Positions 9,601 to 18,256 of a stretch of DNA of 64,000 bases are shown one piece after another. The stretch is from positions 16,983-80,982 of the forward strand of contig JAYTSV010000207.1 of the NCBI GenBank assembly GCA_043745465.1, in the 5' to 3' direction. Origin of the DNA: Fimbriiglobus sp. (GTDB taxonomy: Bacteria; Planctomycetota; Planctomycetia; Gemmatales; Gemmataceae). The notes under the pieces are model-generated. The model was not told the origin of the DNA. It ran no database searches and saw only the letters and a list, made by a program, of their open reading frames with translations. Each line of letters opens with the position of its first letter. The first letter of the stretch is position 1. The position numbers were made by a program, and so were the translations under genes.

Positions 9601-12590
9601 CCACGGGTTGGCGGCGGCTCGGGCTAGACCCCAGGGACATCGCCGCAACGGTTTACGCGGCATACGACCCGCAAGAACGGTACGAGGATGGTAGAGCCGC
9701 TTTTTTGGCGGTCCTGCGCGTGGCTGCCTTGACGGGAAGGGTTAATGCTGCGATTCAGGCCTCTGAGGCTGTACCTGGCGATTGGGTAACTCCAGTTCAA
9801 GTGGGTGAAGCGTTCGATTCGCTCTGGGGGCCGGTCATGACCGGCAACTGGCGGTCGCCGCGTCGGGCCGCGGGCCGTCTAGCGGGCGACCTTATTCGTC
9901 TGTGCCGGTCCCTCGGCGGTGGGCACGCGGAGACGGCCTGCCGGCGGGCACTGCGGTACGCCGAGGAGTATCCCGTCGATTTCCGTTGGCCTTCGATCTG
10001 GGAGGCGTTAGGCCAACACGGGTTGCGGGACGTCCAGCGTCGGTGGCTCGAACACTGGCTCGGTCCGTCCGGTAAAGTCTGGGGATTGTCCCACGACGAG
10101 GCCCCCGGCATCGTCCGCGACTTCTCTCCGGTCGCCGCGGCCATCGGCGAACAGGAACTGGCGGAGCAAGCTCGACAGCGGGTCCGCTGGCTCGGCGTGG
10201 GTTACCGCAGTCGCAAAGAGTACGGATTCGCGCAGGTACTCGACTGGTTCCGCCGGGCCGCCCGTGCGGACCCGCGCTCATGCCGACTCCCCGGTCGACG
10301 CTTGTGGGAGCTTTGCGACGCGTGCCGCCGTCAAAGTGGCGACAACCGGCTCGACGAGGACGTGCGAGTCGCTGTCGCCGCGGCCGCAGCCGCGTGCGGT
10401 GCGGGCGAGTGGTGGGCTCTCGTCGAGCGGGGGGTGACGACGGAAGAATCATGGCACTCCCGGACGAGGGCGACCTTAGTCGAGGGGGTGACTACGGCGG
10501 TCACCGCCGGCTGGCCACCCCCGCCGGCCCAGTGGCCGTACATATGGGCCTCCGCTCTCTCGCTGAGCTACTGGCACGACGAGGGCGACAACGCCGCGTT
10601 GAGGGGACTGCGGGACGCCTTGCTCGGCGCGGCGGCGGGGGCGGATCAGCGGCGATTGCTGCTCGAGGCCCTGGCGAGAACGACCCGTAGCGGTTCACTG
10701 GACCGGCCGCCGCGAGAGGCCGCCGCTGACTCGTCAAGGCCCGTCGTGACCAACACCGCAGCGGTTGCAACCGCCGAAGTGGAGTTGGCACTCAGCGGCC
10801 GGGTCACCTTGGCCACGGCTGCCGCAGCGGCAAGCGAACTCGGCAACCTGGGTGATACCGGCCACGACCGGGTATCACACCTTTTGGCGGCCGTCGGGAC
10901 CGAGATGGGCGGCAGTTGGGATCACAGCTTCCATGAAATTTCGGCGTCGCTGGATGACATCGTCCGGCACGTCAGCGACGACCTGCTCTGGCAACTGATC
11001 CGGGCAATCGGCCGGGACGCGAGCGGCCCGGCGAGTTACCACCTTCATGCCGCCGGCCCCAACTTGTTGGCCGTCGCGCTGGCCCGGTCTGCCTCGCGTG
11101 GAAAGGGCGAACTGCTGGCGGGGGTGGCCTCTCAGTTGGACATGCACGACCTGTGGGCAGGAGAGGCTCCTCGGCCGGCCGACGACCACGGGCGACCTGC
11201 CGATCTGGGCCCTCCGTCGGTCGGCTGGCGGGAGGTGGCTGTCCAGCTCGTGACAGTCTTGCTCAGCTCGCGCAGCGCGGAGGCTCTTAACGCCGCGTTC
11301 GAGGGGGCACACGCCCTGGTCGATCACGACCCGACGGTCATCAGAGACCTGCTCTCGGAACCGCCCGACGAGTGGCGGACCTACTGGCTGCTCCACGCGG
11401 CTGAGTGCTGGGCCGCCCGCCACCCCTCCGCAATCGCTTCCGTCCGGTCGCAGCTTGAGGGGTTTCTCCAAGAGGGATCGCTGACGGAGCGGCTCCAGAC
11501 CTGGGTAGTCTTGTGTCGGCACGCCGATGTCATCGGCCTCACCCGGCCGGACTTCCCGTCGTCCGTCGTCGCTCCTTCGGGGCTCCCGCTTTTAGCGGGC
11601 AATCTGGTATGGCCGCTGCATACCCCAGGCCGCGTGGTGGGCCACACCCGGTTCAGCGACCGCCACTCAGCTGTACGGGCTGTTCTGAACGACCTGCGAG
11701 ACTGTGGGTGCGATTTCACCCACCTCGGCGGGGCAGTCGCCGCCACTTTAGTCGAGTTGCGGGGCAACAACCCCCAAAGCCGGAGGAACGTATTGCGTCG
11801 CCACGGCGACATCGACTGCCACGAGTTGTTCGCGGAGCTTGCGGTGGGGCGGGTAATCCTACCACGACTGACCATGGCCTCCTGCACGCCCCAACGCCTG
11901 GTGCGTCTTGCTCAGGGGTTCCTCGACAACGACGAACCTTGGCTCCAGCGTTGCCCGCCTCGGCGGTCGGCGGAAGACACGTGGCCTTCGCAAGACGACT
12001 GGCCGCGAGCGGCGGGTCCGGGAGTCGGGATGGAAGAGCGGTTGACGGAGATCGCCCGGACACTCGACGTGCCGTCCGGCTGGCGCGTGTTCTCGGCACG
12101 CGTGGTGTTTTGCGTCGGCGGGTGGGACTACATTTTACTGTATTGGCACGAGCCGTCTCCGGAAGACGGCGACCTGAGCCGGCGGGACCCGCCCTCTTGT
12201 CCGAGCGGTCGAACGTTCCTGGCGTGGCTCGGCTCGGCCTACGAGCCGGGCGGCCGTGGTGGGCCGCTGAGCGTGTCCGGCCTCTTCGCAGGCGGCCGGT
12301 CGAGGCTGCACCACGCCCGCGTCGAGATTCACCCCGCGCGGGCGTGGAGCGAAATCTTCGGCTGGGAGCCGTCGCCCGACGACCCGCTCATTTGGCGATG
12401 CGGAGCGGATGTGGTGGCGTGGTACGAGCGGCTCCACGGGCCGCTTCGCGACTCGCGACGTTCGCCCGTCCACCGGCTGCCAGTAATCGACCGTTGGCTG
12501 GTGTCGGAGGCCGGGTTGATCCAAATTGAACAGTCGGTCGGGACGGCACGGCCCCGCACTCAACTCGACGCGCACGAATTCAAGAACTGA
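6660..12590 (+). CDS. Avs/AVAST-like antiviral STAND NTPase with N-terminal PD-(D/E)xK-type nuclease and long helical sensor region (~1976 aa)
   Basis: Nuclease motif GWDDVVV...YQVKH (nt ~6792-6854), Walker A AEPGSGKT (7527-7550), Walker B IVVDGIDH (~7854-7877), then >1500 aa predicted helical. ATG at 6660 preferred to GTG at 6636. Confidence 0.8.
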   Translation: MTSPTAGQAHPYWYEWFVGAEEIISMLRPDSDVVSVALQMSGIKGWDDVVVRLKDGRSRLYQVKHSRAADRLTFGDMVTVVDGESMLGALFASWRTLGHAKGTHQCVLYTNRVAGERPGTSRSGVRRPPLTDFLTWLTNSLAGAQALSDLSPPVDWQAAWAEWLSALAGGTSDEQIAFVHSLEIRTGEADTDEIVRRVNQELATIFGVDEQRVAPVVDALHRALRSWTTGGPPVTAESLCEALVLPPEPAELAPAPPPPSPFFPGRLPAAEDLERELLSLHAEPVFFLTAEPGSGKTSLVSWLTNRRPDRPFAALVGLRFFCFEPIRPESPFIAADASRVRPTELWFSLLAQLRAGLTGRLKELLVPLRNSLLDWRQARSHVIRLASQLGRESGRPFVIVVDGIDHAARAGQTNPQQAAEFLNSLPGPDELSGKHIRLLVAGQPAAAYESVYPTWLVSPHDGVRRVGLPGLEIDDVRELYQAAPSRLPPDSAEEAVRVIHAHARGNTLATVFAVAEAERVASVEALADRLRARRLADGPAAYYRSVWTSAIHQIGGAADDADDGLVVLLSIGRRGVTPESLAAAFAGSGRSVGWWARVLDALSPLLTLGADGYRVRHNDIRVFLAERRAGLSPPRQRRAASQLVDHLLSANADRASAHLHKLVLIDLAGRGAEWPRHFTARWVVEGGALSIDLDHLTREGVEAVRRLPDAHEWSVVVSVACALQTLDRLTEFKEFRSGDDVPRPEVPPFLPSEVAVRPVTEWESSHVRTLAQDVSTLCAHGDRHRAAALLGRWLGGLELGGVVCRVSGAAGQSEGGQPRQLDHDATVAFQDLGRACGQAGWSPDFGDYSETIVTAAQCAFERGYAEARAEANHAAVNADELFDEYSPRYLTAWETALRAIATQERWVLLRDLLSRLFDCRDSLSPRLKAEAAAWALRSGADADDPGWLDVLTLPGFGLSESAFRPTDEDDAFAPYVAVAFATGWRRLGLDPRDIAATVYAAYDPQERYEDGRAAFLAVLRVAALTGRVNAAIQASEAVPGDWVTPVQVGEAFDSLWGPVMTGNWRSPRRAAGRLAGDLIRLCRSLGGGHAETACRRALRYAEEYPVDFRWPSIWEALGQHGLRDVQRRWLEHWLGPSGKVWGLSHDEAPGIVRDFSPVAAAIGEQELAEQARQRVRWLGVGYRSRKEYGFAQVLDWFRRAARADPRSCRLPGRRLWELCDACRRQSGDNRLDEDVRVAVAAAAAACGAGEWWALVERGVTTEESWHSRTRATLVEGVTTAVTAGWPPPPAQWPYIWASALSLSYWHDEGDNAALRGLRDALLGAAAGADQRRLLLEALARTTRSGSLDRPPREAAADSSRPVVTNTAAVATAEVELALSGRVTLATAAAAASELGNLGDTGHDRVSHLLAAVGTEMGGSWDHSFHEISASLDDIVRHVSDDLLWQLIRAIGRDASGPASYHLHAAGPNLLAVALARSASRGKGELLAGVASQLDMHDLWAGEAPRPADDHGRPADLGPPSVGWREVAVQLVTVLLSSRSAEALNAAFEGAHALVDHDPTVIRDLLSEPPDEWRTYWLLHAAECWAARHPSAIASVRSQLEGFLQEGSLTERLQTWVVLCRHADVIGLTRPDFPSSVVAPSGLPLLAGNLVWPLHTPGRVVGHTRFSDRHSAVRAVLNDLRDCGCDFTHLGGAVAATLVELRGNNPQSRRNVLRRHGDIDCHELFAELAVGRVILPRLTMASCTPQRLVRLAQGFLDNDEPWLQRCPPRRSAEDTWPSQDDWPRAAGPGVGMEERLTEIARTLDVPSGWRVFSARVVFCVGGWDYILLYWHEPSPEDGDLSRRDPPSCPSGRTFLAWLGSAYEPGGRGGPLSVSGLFAGGRSRLHHARVEIHPARAWSEIFGWEPSPDDPLIWRCGADVVAWYERLHGPLRDSRRSPVHRLPVIDRWLVSEAGLIQIEQSVGTARPRTQLDAHEFKN

Positions 12591-12813
12591 CGCGCAATAT
12601 TTTGTATATGGGCCGAGTGACTGCCGGAATGTCAGCGTCAGAATCGGCAGTCGGTGGGTGAGCTGGCCAATATACGGGCCTTCAAAAACGGCCTCTAACC
12701 CTGGCGATGCATCGAGATCAGTGTAAACCAGACATACGGTTTCGCATCCTTTTTCGTAGGAATTTTCGTATTGCCCGACGCTTTTCCTCAGTAAGACGTG
12801 ATAGATCACATCG

Positions 12814-12992
12814 TTATCCACGTACAGTTGGTCGCGCCCGCCGCTTATCCACGTGCAGTCACTCGCGTGTTTCACGTACAGTTGGTCGCCTTTGACCTCC
12901 AGTAACTGCGAGCCGCCCGCGTACACTTGGTCGCTCAAACCTATAATACCTATAACTTATTCCTATAACTAAACCTCCATTCCTGTGGATAA
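12814..12992. promoter_or_regulatory. Candidate plasmid-type replication origin (iterons, AT-rich segment, DnaA box)
   Basis: Four related direct repeats with core CACGTACAGTTGGTCGC end at 12835, 12866, 12889 and 12934. Three CCTATAA repeats (12940, 12949, 12962). Perfect DnaA box TGTGGATAA at 12984-12992. Lies just downstream of repA. Confidence 0.75.
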
Positions 12993-13208
12993 GCGGCCCG
13001 GCCCCCGTCGAACCGTCGTGGAGTAGCCTCAGCAGGCTTGCAGGTGACGGGGAGGCACGGACGGAGAAAACGAATGCTCCCAATCGCCGCGGGAGGGGTC
13101 CATGAGCGGCGAAGCACGCCCTCCGGCTACTACCCCAGCCGCCACCCCTTTAGGCTTCTGCAAGGGCAGTTTGCGGGCCGGCACGTCGACCTGCTGTTTC
13201 TGTGGGGG

Positions 13209-14117
13209 TTACCCAATCAGGCCGGCGTCGTTGCGGGCGGTGACCGGCGGCGGGCTCGCCTCCAGGGTCAGGCCCCGCTCGTCGGCCGACAGCCGCGCCC
13301 CAGGGTACACCGCGTGTACCTGCCGCAGCGTGTCCAGGAACCCCCGCCGGAAGTCCCGCAGCCGCGCGTACCCCGGCCCGAACTGCTCCTGCAGGCTCGT
13401 CCACGGCACGAGCTGCGACCTGCCCGCCGGGACCCGGTGCAGCCGCTGGGCCAGCCAGACGTACAGGTCGAGCGCCAGGCTCGACCCCGACAGGGCCCCC
13501 ACCGCCCGGCGGTCCAGGGGGACGGCGTGCTTCTTCAGGCTCTGGAAGTAGTCGGTGCCGAGACGCACCGTCGAGGGCCAGAGCGTTCTCTGCCCCGGCT
13601 CCTCGGGGAACCAGAGGTCGAACGCCCCGACGATCTGCGTGTTCACCTGCACCGCCCGACCCCCCTCCACCATGCCCATGCGGACCGTGGCCGCCGCCAG
13701 GCGCGAGAGCTGGTCCTTCAGGTGCCGCAGGTGCGTGCCGTTGGTGGCCAGGCCGAGCGAGCGGGCGAAGGCCGTCATCGAGTCCTCCACGTCCACGACC
13801 GGCGACCCCGTGCGGACGGCCTCGGTGGCCAGGTGGATGAGGACGAGCCGGGGCTTCTCGCCGTACGGCAGGCCGAGGCGCACGTAGTCCCCAGTCCGGG
13901 GGTCGAGGGCCGAGCCGGCCTCGATGCGGAGCGACGTGTGCCCCTGCTTGCGGTCCCACTCGCGGACGTCGTCGCCGGGGTTGGAGTACGGCAGGCCGCA
14001 CTGGCACTGGACGGTGTGCAGAAAATCGACGGCGGTCGCCCTCGACGTGCGGATGTCAGCCGACGCGGCGATCAACCGCTCCTGCTTGCGGGTCAGGCTC
14101 AGCGGCGGGTAGGTCAC
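13209..14117 (-). CDS. repA: Plasmid replication initiator, RepA_C (IncW-like) family
   Basis: Motifs FLHTVQCQCGLPY, GLPYGEKPRLVL, LWPSTVRL...VPLD...SLALDLYVWLAQRL. GTG start at 14117 overlaps the upstream stop (GTGA). Confidence 0.85.
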   Translation of the reverse strand: MTYPPLSLTRKQERLIAASADIRTSRATAVDFLHTVQCQCGLPYSNPGDDVREWDRKQGHTSLRIEAGSALDPRTGDYVRLGLPYGEKPRLVLIHLATEAVRTGSPVVDVEDSMTAFARSLGLATNGTHLRHLKDQLSRLAAATVRMGMVEGGRAVQVNTQIVGAFDLWFPEEPGQRTLWPSTVRLGTDYFQSLKKHAVPLDRRAVGALSGSSLALDLYVWLAQRLHRVPAGRSQLVPWTSLQEQFGPGYARLRDFRRGFLDTLRQVHAVYPGARLSADERGLTLEASPPPVTARNDAGLIG

Positions 14118-14422
14118 GGCACGTAGCCGTGGGCCTTGAGCCACGGGCCAAGGGCTTCTTCGAGAATCTCTTGCAAGGTGTTGGGCAGATCGCCGCTGAG
14201 TTGACGCTCCAGCGAAGCCCGTTTGAGGGCTGTTGCGTAGTCGGCCCGCACCCGCGTCGTGATCGGCGCGCGGCTCAACGGCGCGGCTTGCTTCTCCACC
14301 GCCGGCTCGTCCGGCTTGGCCTGGGGCTTCCCCCCGTAGACGAACTGCCGCTCGATGTCAGGGTCGACCGGCGGGGCGGGCGGCTTGAGGCCCTCGGTGA
14401 GCGGGCGGCGGTCGGCCATCAC
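14114..14422 (-). CDS. Small partition/regulatory protein, probable ParG-like ribbon-helix-helix
   Basis: About 100 aa, coupled between parA and repA. Disordered N-terminus, then ITTRVRADYATALKRASLER...LQEILEEAL (strand-helix-helix pattern). Confidence 0.65.
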   Translation of the reverse strand: MMADRRPLTEGLKPPAPPVDPDIERQFVYGGKPQAKPDEPAVEKQAAPLSRAPITTRVRADYATALKRASLERQLSGDLPNTLQEILEEALGPWLKAHGYVP

Positions 14423-15093
14423 GCTACACCCTTTGTGCGAGGCCGAGTGCGACCGCGTTTGCGGACCGCGCCCGGTAAGACCTCACGGAACAGCGCCTCG
14501 ATCTCGGCCGCCGCGTCCCGGCCCCGGGCCCCCATCCGCCACACGACCTTGCCCTGGCCCGGCGCGTCCGCGTAGATCTGCTTGAGCGTCAGCGCGGTCT
14601 TGGCCAGCGGCAGGCCGAGCGCCGCGGCCGCGTCCTTCATGTCCTGCGTCAGCCGATACGTCTTGCCCACCATACTGAGGATAATCGTCGCGTCCGGCTT
14701 GCCCTGGCGGATGTCCTGCGACTGCCGCAGCACCGCCGTCGCCTGGGCCAGGGCCCGAACCTCGAGCATCGACGCCTTGCAGGGCACGAGTGCCAGGTCG
14801 GCGCGGAGCAGCAGGGCGCGGCTGGTCTCGGTGTTGGAGCCGGGGCCGTCGGCGACGACGTAGTCGGCTTCTTGCCCGAGCTGCGGCAGGGCGTCCAGGA
14901 TGGCGGTCGGGTCGGCGAGGCGGACGGTTCGGATCTCCGGGGCGGCCTCGGCAATCCACTCGGAGGAGGACTGCTGGCCGTCGCAGTCGGCGAGCACGAC
15001 CGAGTGGCCCTGCTCGGCGAGCCAGGTAGCGAGGTGGACGGAAATCGACGTCTTGCCGACGCCGCCCTTGGAGTTGGCGAGCACGATGATCAT
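14419..15093 (-). CDS. parA: ParA/ParF-type partition ATPase (short, type Ib)
   Basis: Deviant Walker A NSKGGVGKT, DCDGQQS, VVADGP, LVPCKAS; no N-terminal HTH. Confidence 0.92.
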   Translation of the reverse strand: MIIVLANSKGGVGKTSISVHLATWLAEQGHSVVLADCDGQQSSSEWIAEAAPEIRTVRLADPTAILDALPQLGQEADYVVADGPGSNTETSRALLLRADLALVPCKASMLEVRALAQATAVLRQSQDIRQGKPDATIILSMVGKTYRLTQDMKDAAAALGLPLAKTALTLKQIYADAPGQGKVVWRMGARGRDAAAEIEALFREVLPGAVRKRGRTRPRTKGVA

Positions 15094-15202
15094 GGGGACG
15101 GACCGTAGCGCATTGGAGCCGTGCTGGCAAGCAAGATGTGCAGGGTGCAAGCATGTCGTCGTGCCGTGTTACCGGCGCGCCACACTGTTTGCACGTCGGC
15201 TC

Positions 15203-15270
15203 GCCTGGCGGCCGGCAAGCCGTCAGGCCGTCAGGCCAGCCCGATGGCTTGCTTTCTTGTTGGCAGGCCT
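15203..15270. repeat. Degenerate 4-bp periodic array upstream of parA (operator/centromere candidate)
   Basis: Parses as gcct ggcg gccg gcaa gccg tcag gccg tcag gcca gccc gatg gctt gctt tctt gttg gcag gcct. Confidence 0.5.
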
Positions 15271-15779
15271 TAGAGCTGTTCTTTCCGCGACTTGGACGCA
15301 TTCAGGCGGTGAGGACGAGCAGGCGTTCCGTGGCCGTCAGGATTTCCTGCTCGGTCAACCCGGCCCGTAGAGTCGCGTGGATTTCTCCGGCCAGCAGCTC
15401 CCGCCGCCACGCCCGCTGCTTGGGGCGATCAGCGGATCGTGGTCGGCAGGACCGAGGTCAGCTTCTCCTGCGAGGACCCCGTCGTCCAGGCGAACTTCGA
15501 GGGGGTGTTGCCCGAGCGGGTTGCGGAGGTGGTCATCGCCGATGTGCTGGCGATTCTGATGGCAGTCACGGGCCAGGAGGGGCGACTCACCCGGATCGCG
15601 TGACTGCCGGGCCGGAGCATCTCGGCGGGGAGATCGCCGCCTCAGATTGGTTGGCCCGATGTGAATGAAGTCGCGCAAAGTGCAAGTGTGTCATCTTCCG
15701 CGGCATTTCCCTTTTAGTGTGGCATATGTTGGCTCAGGTAGCGACCGTTGCGCGAACCCAGTAAACTGGACAGGCGTCC

Positions 15780-16712
15780 TTGACCTCGAAAGCCGCCCCA
15801 CCTCTGGTGAGTGACCTAATGACCGTCTCCCAGATCGAAAAGACTTTCCAGAGCGTTTCGGCGGGCATCGAACTCGCACTCTCCAACATGACGCTGCACA
15901 GCCCAGCGTACTTAAAGACACTTGCGCAAATCAGATCGGCGGGCGCGCAAATCGAGTCACTGAACGTCAGATACTCGCCCTCCATCTTCGACGCGCGAAT
16001 CTTCGCATCGGTTGTTCATATCCCCGAGCTCGGCTCACAGCTCACCAAGGCCGTCACAGACTTTGGGAGATGGAGTCAGACTTCTACGCACTGGCAAGAC
16101 GAGTCCATGCGACTGACACAAATGTTACTCGAAATGAGCATCAAATCTCGTTGGCCGGTTCCAGGACACTTACCCGCAAGCACTTGCAATCGCATTGTTA
16201 GGGCGTATGAGAAAGGTGAACTGTCCGACGATGACCTGGACTACCTCTTTGTCAAACTTCACCCCCCGGAGTCTATGGATCAGTTCAAGCAGAGATGGGG
16301 TCGGTACGAGTGGCTGGGCAAGAGAACTCCGATCGTGCTCGAAGCACTGACGTGCTATGCGAACGAGACGCACTACGCTGTGGTCTCCCTGCTGCTGACT
16401 CAAATCGAAGGCGTGCTCTACGACGCGGTAGGCGGTAAGATCGACTACAGACGCGGCGACCACGAGGTCCTATTCAAAAAGGCCAGCTTCGCTGTGGCTA
16501 CGCGAGACTTCTGGCTCAACGTGGTCCGTGAACAGGGCAAAGCGGACGGCTACATTGACACCATCAACCAGCTCGGTCGCCACACCGTGCTCCACGGCAT
16601 CGGCACGGATTACGGCACGGCGGTCCATTCATTGCGACTCATCTTGCTCGCGGACAATATCTTTGGCTCCCTCGACCTGCACTATTTGCGAAAGGAAGAG
16701 TTGGCCGCGTAA
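15780..16712 (+). CDS. Stand-alone HEPN-like protein (putative RNase)
   Basis: C-terminal LLLTQIEGVL...INQLGRHTVLHG..YGT...SLRLILL carries an Rx4H motif in a helical context. Visibly lower GC than the backbone. Start uncertain (TTG 15780 or ATG 15819). Confidence 0.6.
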   Translation: MTSKAAPPLVSDLMTVSQIEKTFQSVSAGIELALSNMTLHSPAYLKTLAQIRSAGAQIESLNVRYSPSIFDARIFASVVHIPELGSQLTKAVTDFGRWSQTSTHWQDESMRLTQMLLEMSIKSRWPVPGHLPASTCNRIVRAYEKGELSDDDLDYLFVKLHPPESMDQFKQRWGRYEWLGKRTPIVLEALTCYANETHYAVVSLLLTQIEGVLYDAVGGKIDYRRGDHEVLFKKASFAVATRDFWLNVVREQGKADGYIDTINQLGRHTVLHGIGTDYGTAVHSLRLILLADNIFGSLDLHYLRKEELAA

Positions 16713-16896
16713 GTGGCCTACTGACACTCTTGCCGCCGGATGAACTCTCGTTCCTGCGCTTAAGTGCTTTCACGAGAGGTTTGTTGCAGCCGGGCTGAAG
16801 CCCCGCCAGGGCCTCGAGCGCCCCGACCGCTGCAAGAGCCAGGCAAGCGCGTAGAACGCCAAGGCAATGAGCGTGAGGGCCATGCCGCGCAGCATG

Positions 16897-17223
16897 TCAG
16901 TCACTGCTCGTCCCCTTCAACTCCGCCCGGAACATCTCCCGCGGGATTAGGAACGTCTCCTCGAACTCCAGGGCTTTCGAGATCGGCACCCGGCCCTGCG
17001 GCCGCAGGTACTCCGAGATTACCGTCTGCGTCATGCCGAGGAGCGTCGTAAGCTTCCAACGCGTGCATTCTTGAGCAGCTCCCGAGCAGTCCCGAGCAGT
17101 CCCGGGCGTCGTAAGCTTCCAATGCGTGCATTCTTGAGCAGCCGGGCCATGCCGGGGTTGGTGTAGTCGTGGCGGCGCTTGCGGGTTCGGGTGCGGTTGG
17201 TGATGATTGGGCGAGCGTACCAT
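16897..17223 (-). pseudogene. Degenerate Cro/CI-like HTH gene with internal duplication
   Basis: C-terminal LLGMTQTVISEYLRPQGRVP..KALEFEETF is HTH-like. The upstream part reads more naturally in another frame (MARLLKNARIGS) and contains the 63-bp-period duplication. Confidence 0.4.
17043..17142. repeat. Two 37-bp direct repeats separated by a 26-bp spacer made of short tandem units
   Basis: GCGTCGTAAGCTTCCAA(C/T)GCGTGCATTCTTGAGCAGC at 17043-17079 and 17106-17142; spacer TCCCGAGCAGTCCCGAGCAGTCCCGG. Confidence 0.9.
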
Positions 17224-17411
17224 GTCCAGACGCTCGGCGCTAGAGACGTCGGGTAGCACGGACGGTACTGGGACGCGACGGGCGGTTGCACAGCGGGGAG
17301 AACAGTCGTTGTGAAGTTTGCATGAAGGGGGTAAACGCCCAAGGCCCGCCGGCGAACCAAAAGCAGGGGACGGAACTCTTACAACCGGCAGCTATCACCA
17401 GGAGGATCACG

Positions 17412-17996
17412 ATGCGTGACTCAACCGAAACCGCTACGTCGAGCAAGCGACCCCTGTCGAGCCGGGCGCACATCATCTCGGCGGCCTGCGCATGTGTCGC
17501 GGTCCTCGGCGTCGTCTTCGCGCTCTACAAGTACATCGACGACCGGGACATGGAGAAGGAACGGCAGACCGAGCGGGCCATAGCCCACCTCTACCCACTC
17601 GAGAACGGCCTAAGCCGGTACCTCGCCGACAACGTCGACATGCACGTCTGTCTCGACGACGACCCGGACGGCTCACTCTGGCTCAACCAGATGCCCAACG
17701 AGCGCATCCAGTTCCGCGCCGTGTGCGCGATGGTGGCGGACGAACTCGAGTACTATCTGCTGATCCGCGACAACATCCTGACGCACCCGCGGGGGCACGA
17801 CATCGTGAAGGCGTGGGACAACAACCTCAAGGGCTACTGCCGGAACAGCTACGGCTTCCGGGCGTTCATCAAGAGGGAGCCTCGGGTGTGGACCGACATG
17901 TTCCTGGACATTTTCAAGGAGCATACGAAGGACCTTCCTTCGACCGAGGAGGACAAGCTCGGCAGCACGAAGCCCCCTAGCAACAAGTTGAAGTGA
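17412..17996 (+). CDS. Single-pass membrane hypothetical protein (194 aa)
   Basis: SD AGGAGG before ATG 17412; N-terminal TM IISAACACVAVLGVVFALY followed by a helical soluble domain. Confidence 0.7.
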   Translation: MRDSTETATSSKRPLSSRAHIISAACACVAVLGVVFALYKYIDDRDMEKERQTERAIAHLYPLENGLSRYLADNVDMHVCLDDDPDGSLWLNQMPNERIQFRAVCAMVADELEYYLLIRDNILTHPRGHDIVKAWDNNLKGYCRNSYGFRAFIKREPRVWTDMFLDIFKEHTKDLPSTEEDKLGSTKPPSNKLK

Positions 17997-18030
17997 CCCG
18001 ATCCAGCGGCATCCGAAGAAACGGGTTCGT

Positions 18031-18216
18031 ATGAAGCTCATCACCATCGGCCACGGCCGCCATACCAATGGCGACTACCTGAAACTCGTCAAGGACGCCG
18101 GCGTCAAGACCGTCATCGCCATCCGCCTGCGCCCGAACCGGGCCAGCATGGGAATTTGGGTGTACCCGCCACCTTTCCCGCTCAGATGCACTAAGTCGCG
18201 GAAAGTGCAGCTTTGA
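18031..18216 (+). pseudogene. Truncated DUF488-family gene fragment
   Basis: MKLITIGHG...LVKDAGVKTVIAIRLRP matches the DUF488 N-terminal pattern (TIGHS...V.DVR..P), then degrades after ~45 codons. Confidence 0.6.
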
Positions 18217-18256
18217 GCCGTCCCGCTGACAATGCGTCATGTCACCTTGTCGTCGT

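Noticed and set aside
12135-12938. 267-aa minus-strand ORF with repeated DQLYV
   Set aside because: The repeats are the translated iterons, and the rest is antisense to the Avs-like gene.
15300-15680. Short coding-looking stretches on both strands upstream of parA
   Set aside because: No consistent start, SD or recognisable motif; probably decayed gene remnants.
17043-17142. 37-bp repeat pair as a mini-CRISPR array
   Set aside because: Only two units, the spacer is itself built from repeat-derived tandem sequence, and there are no cas genes or AT-rich leader in the window.
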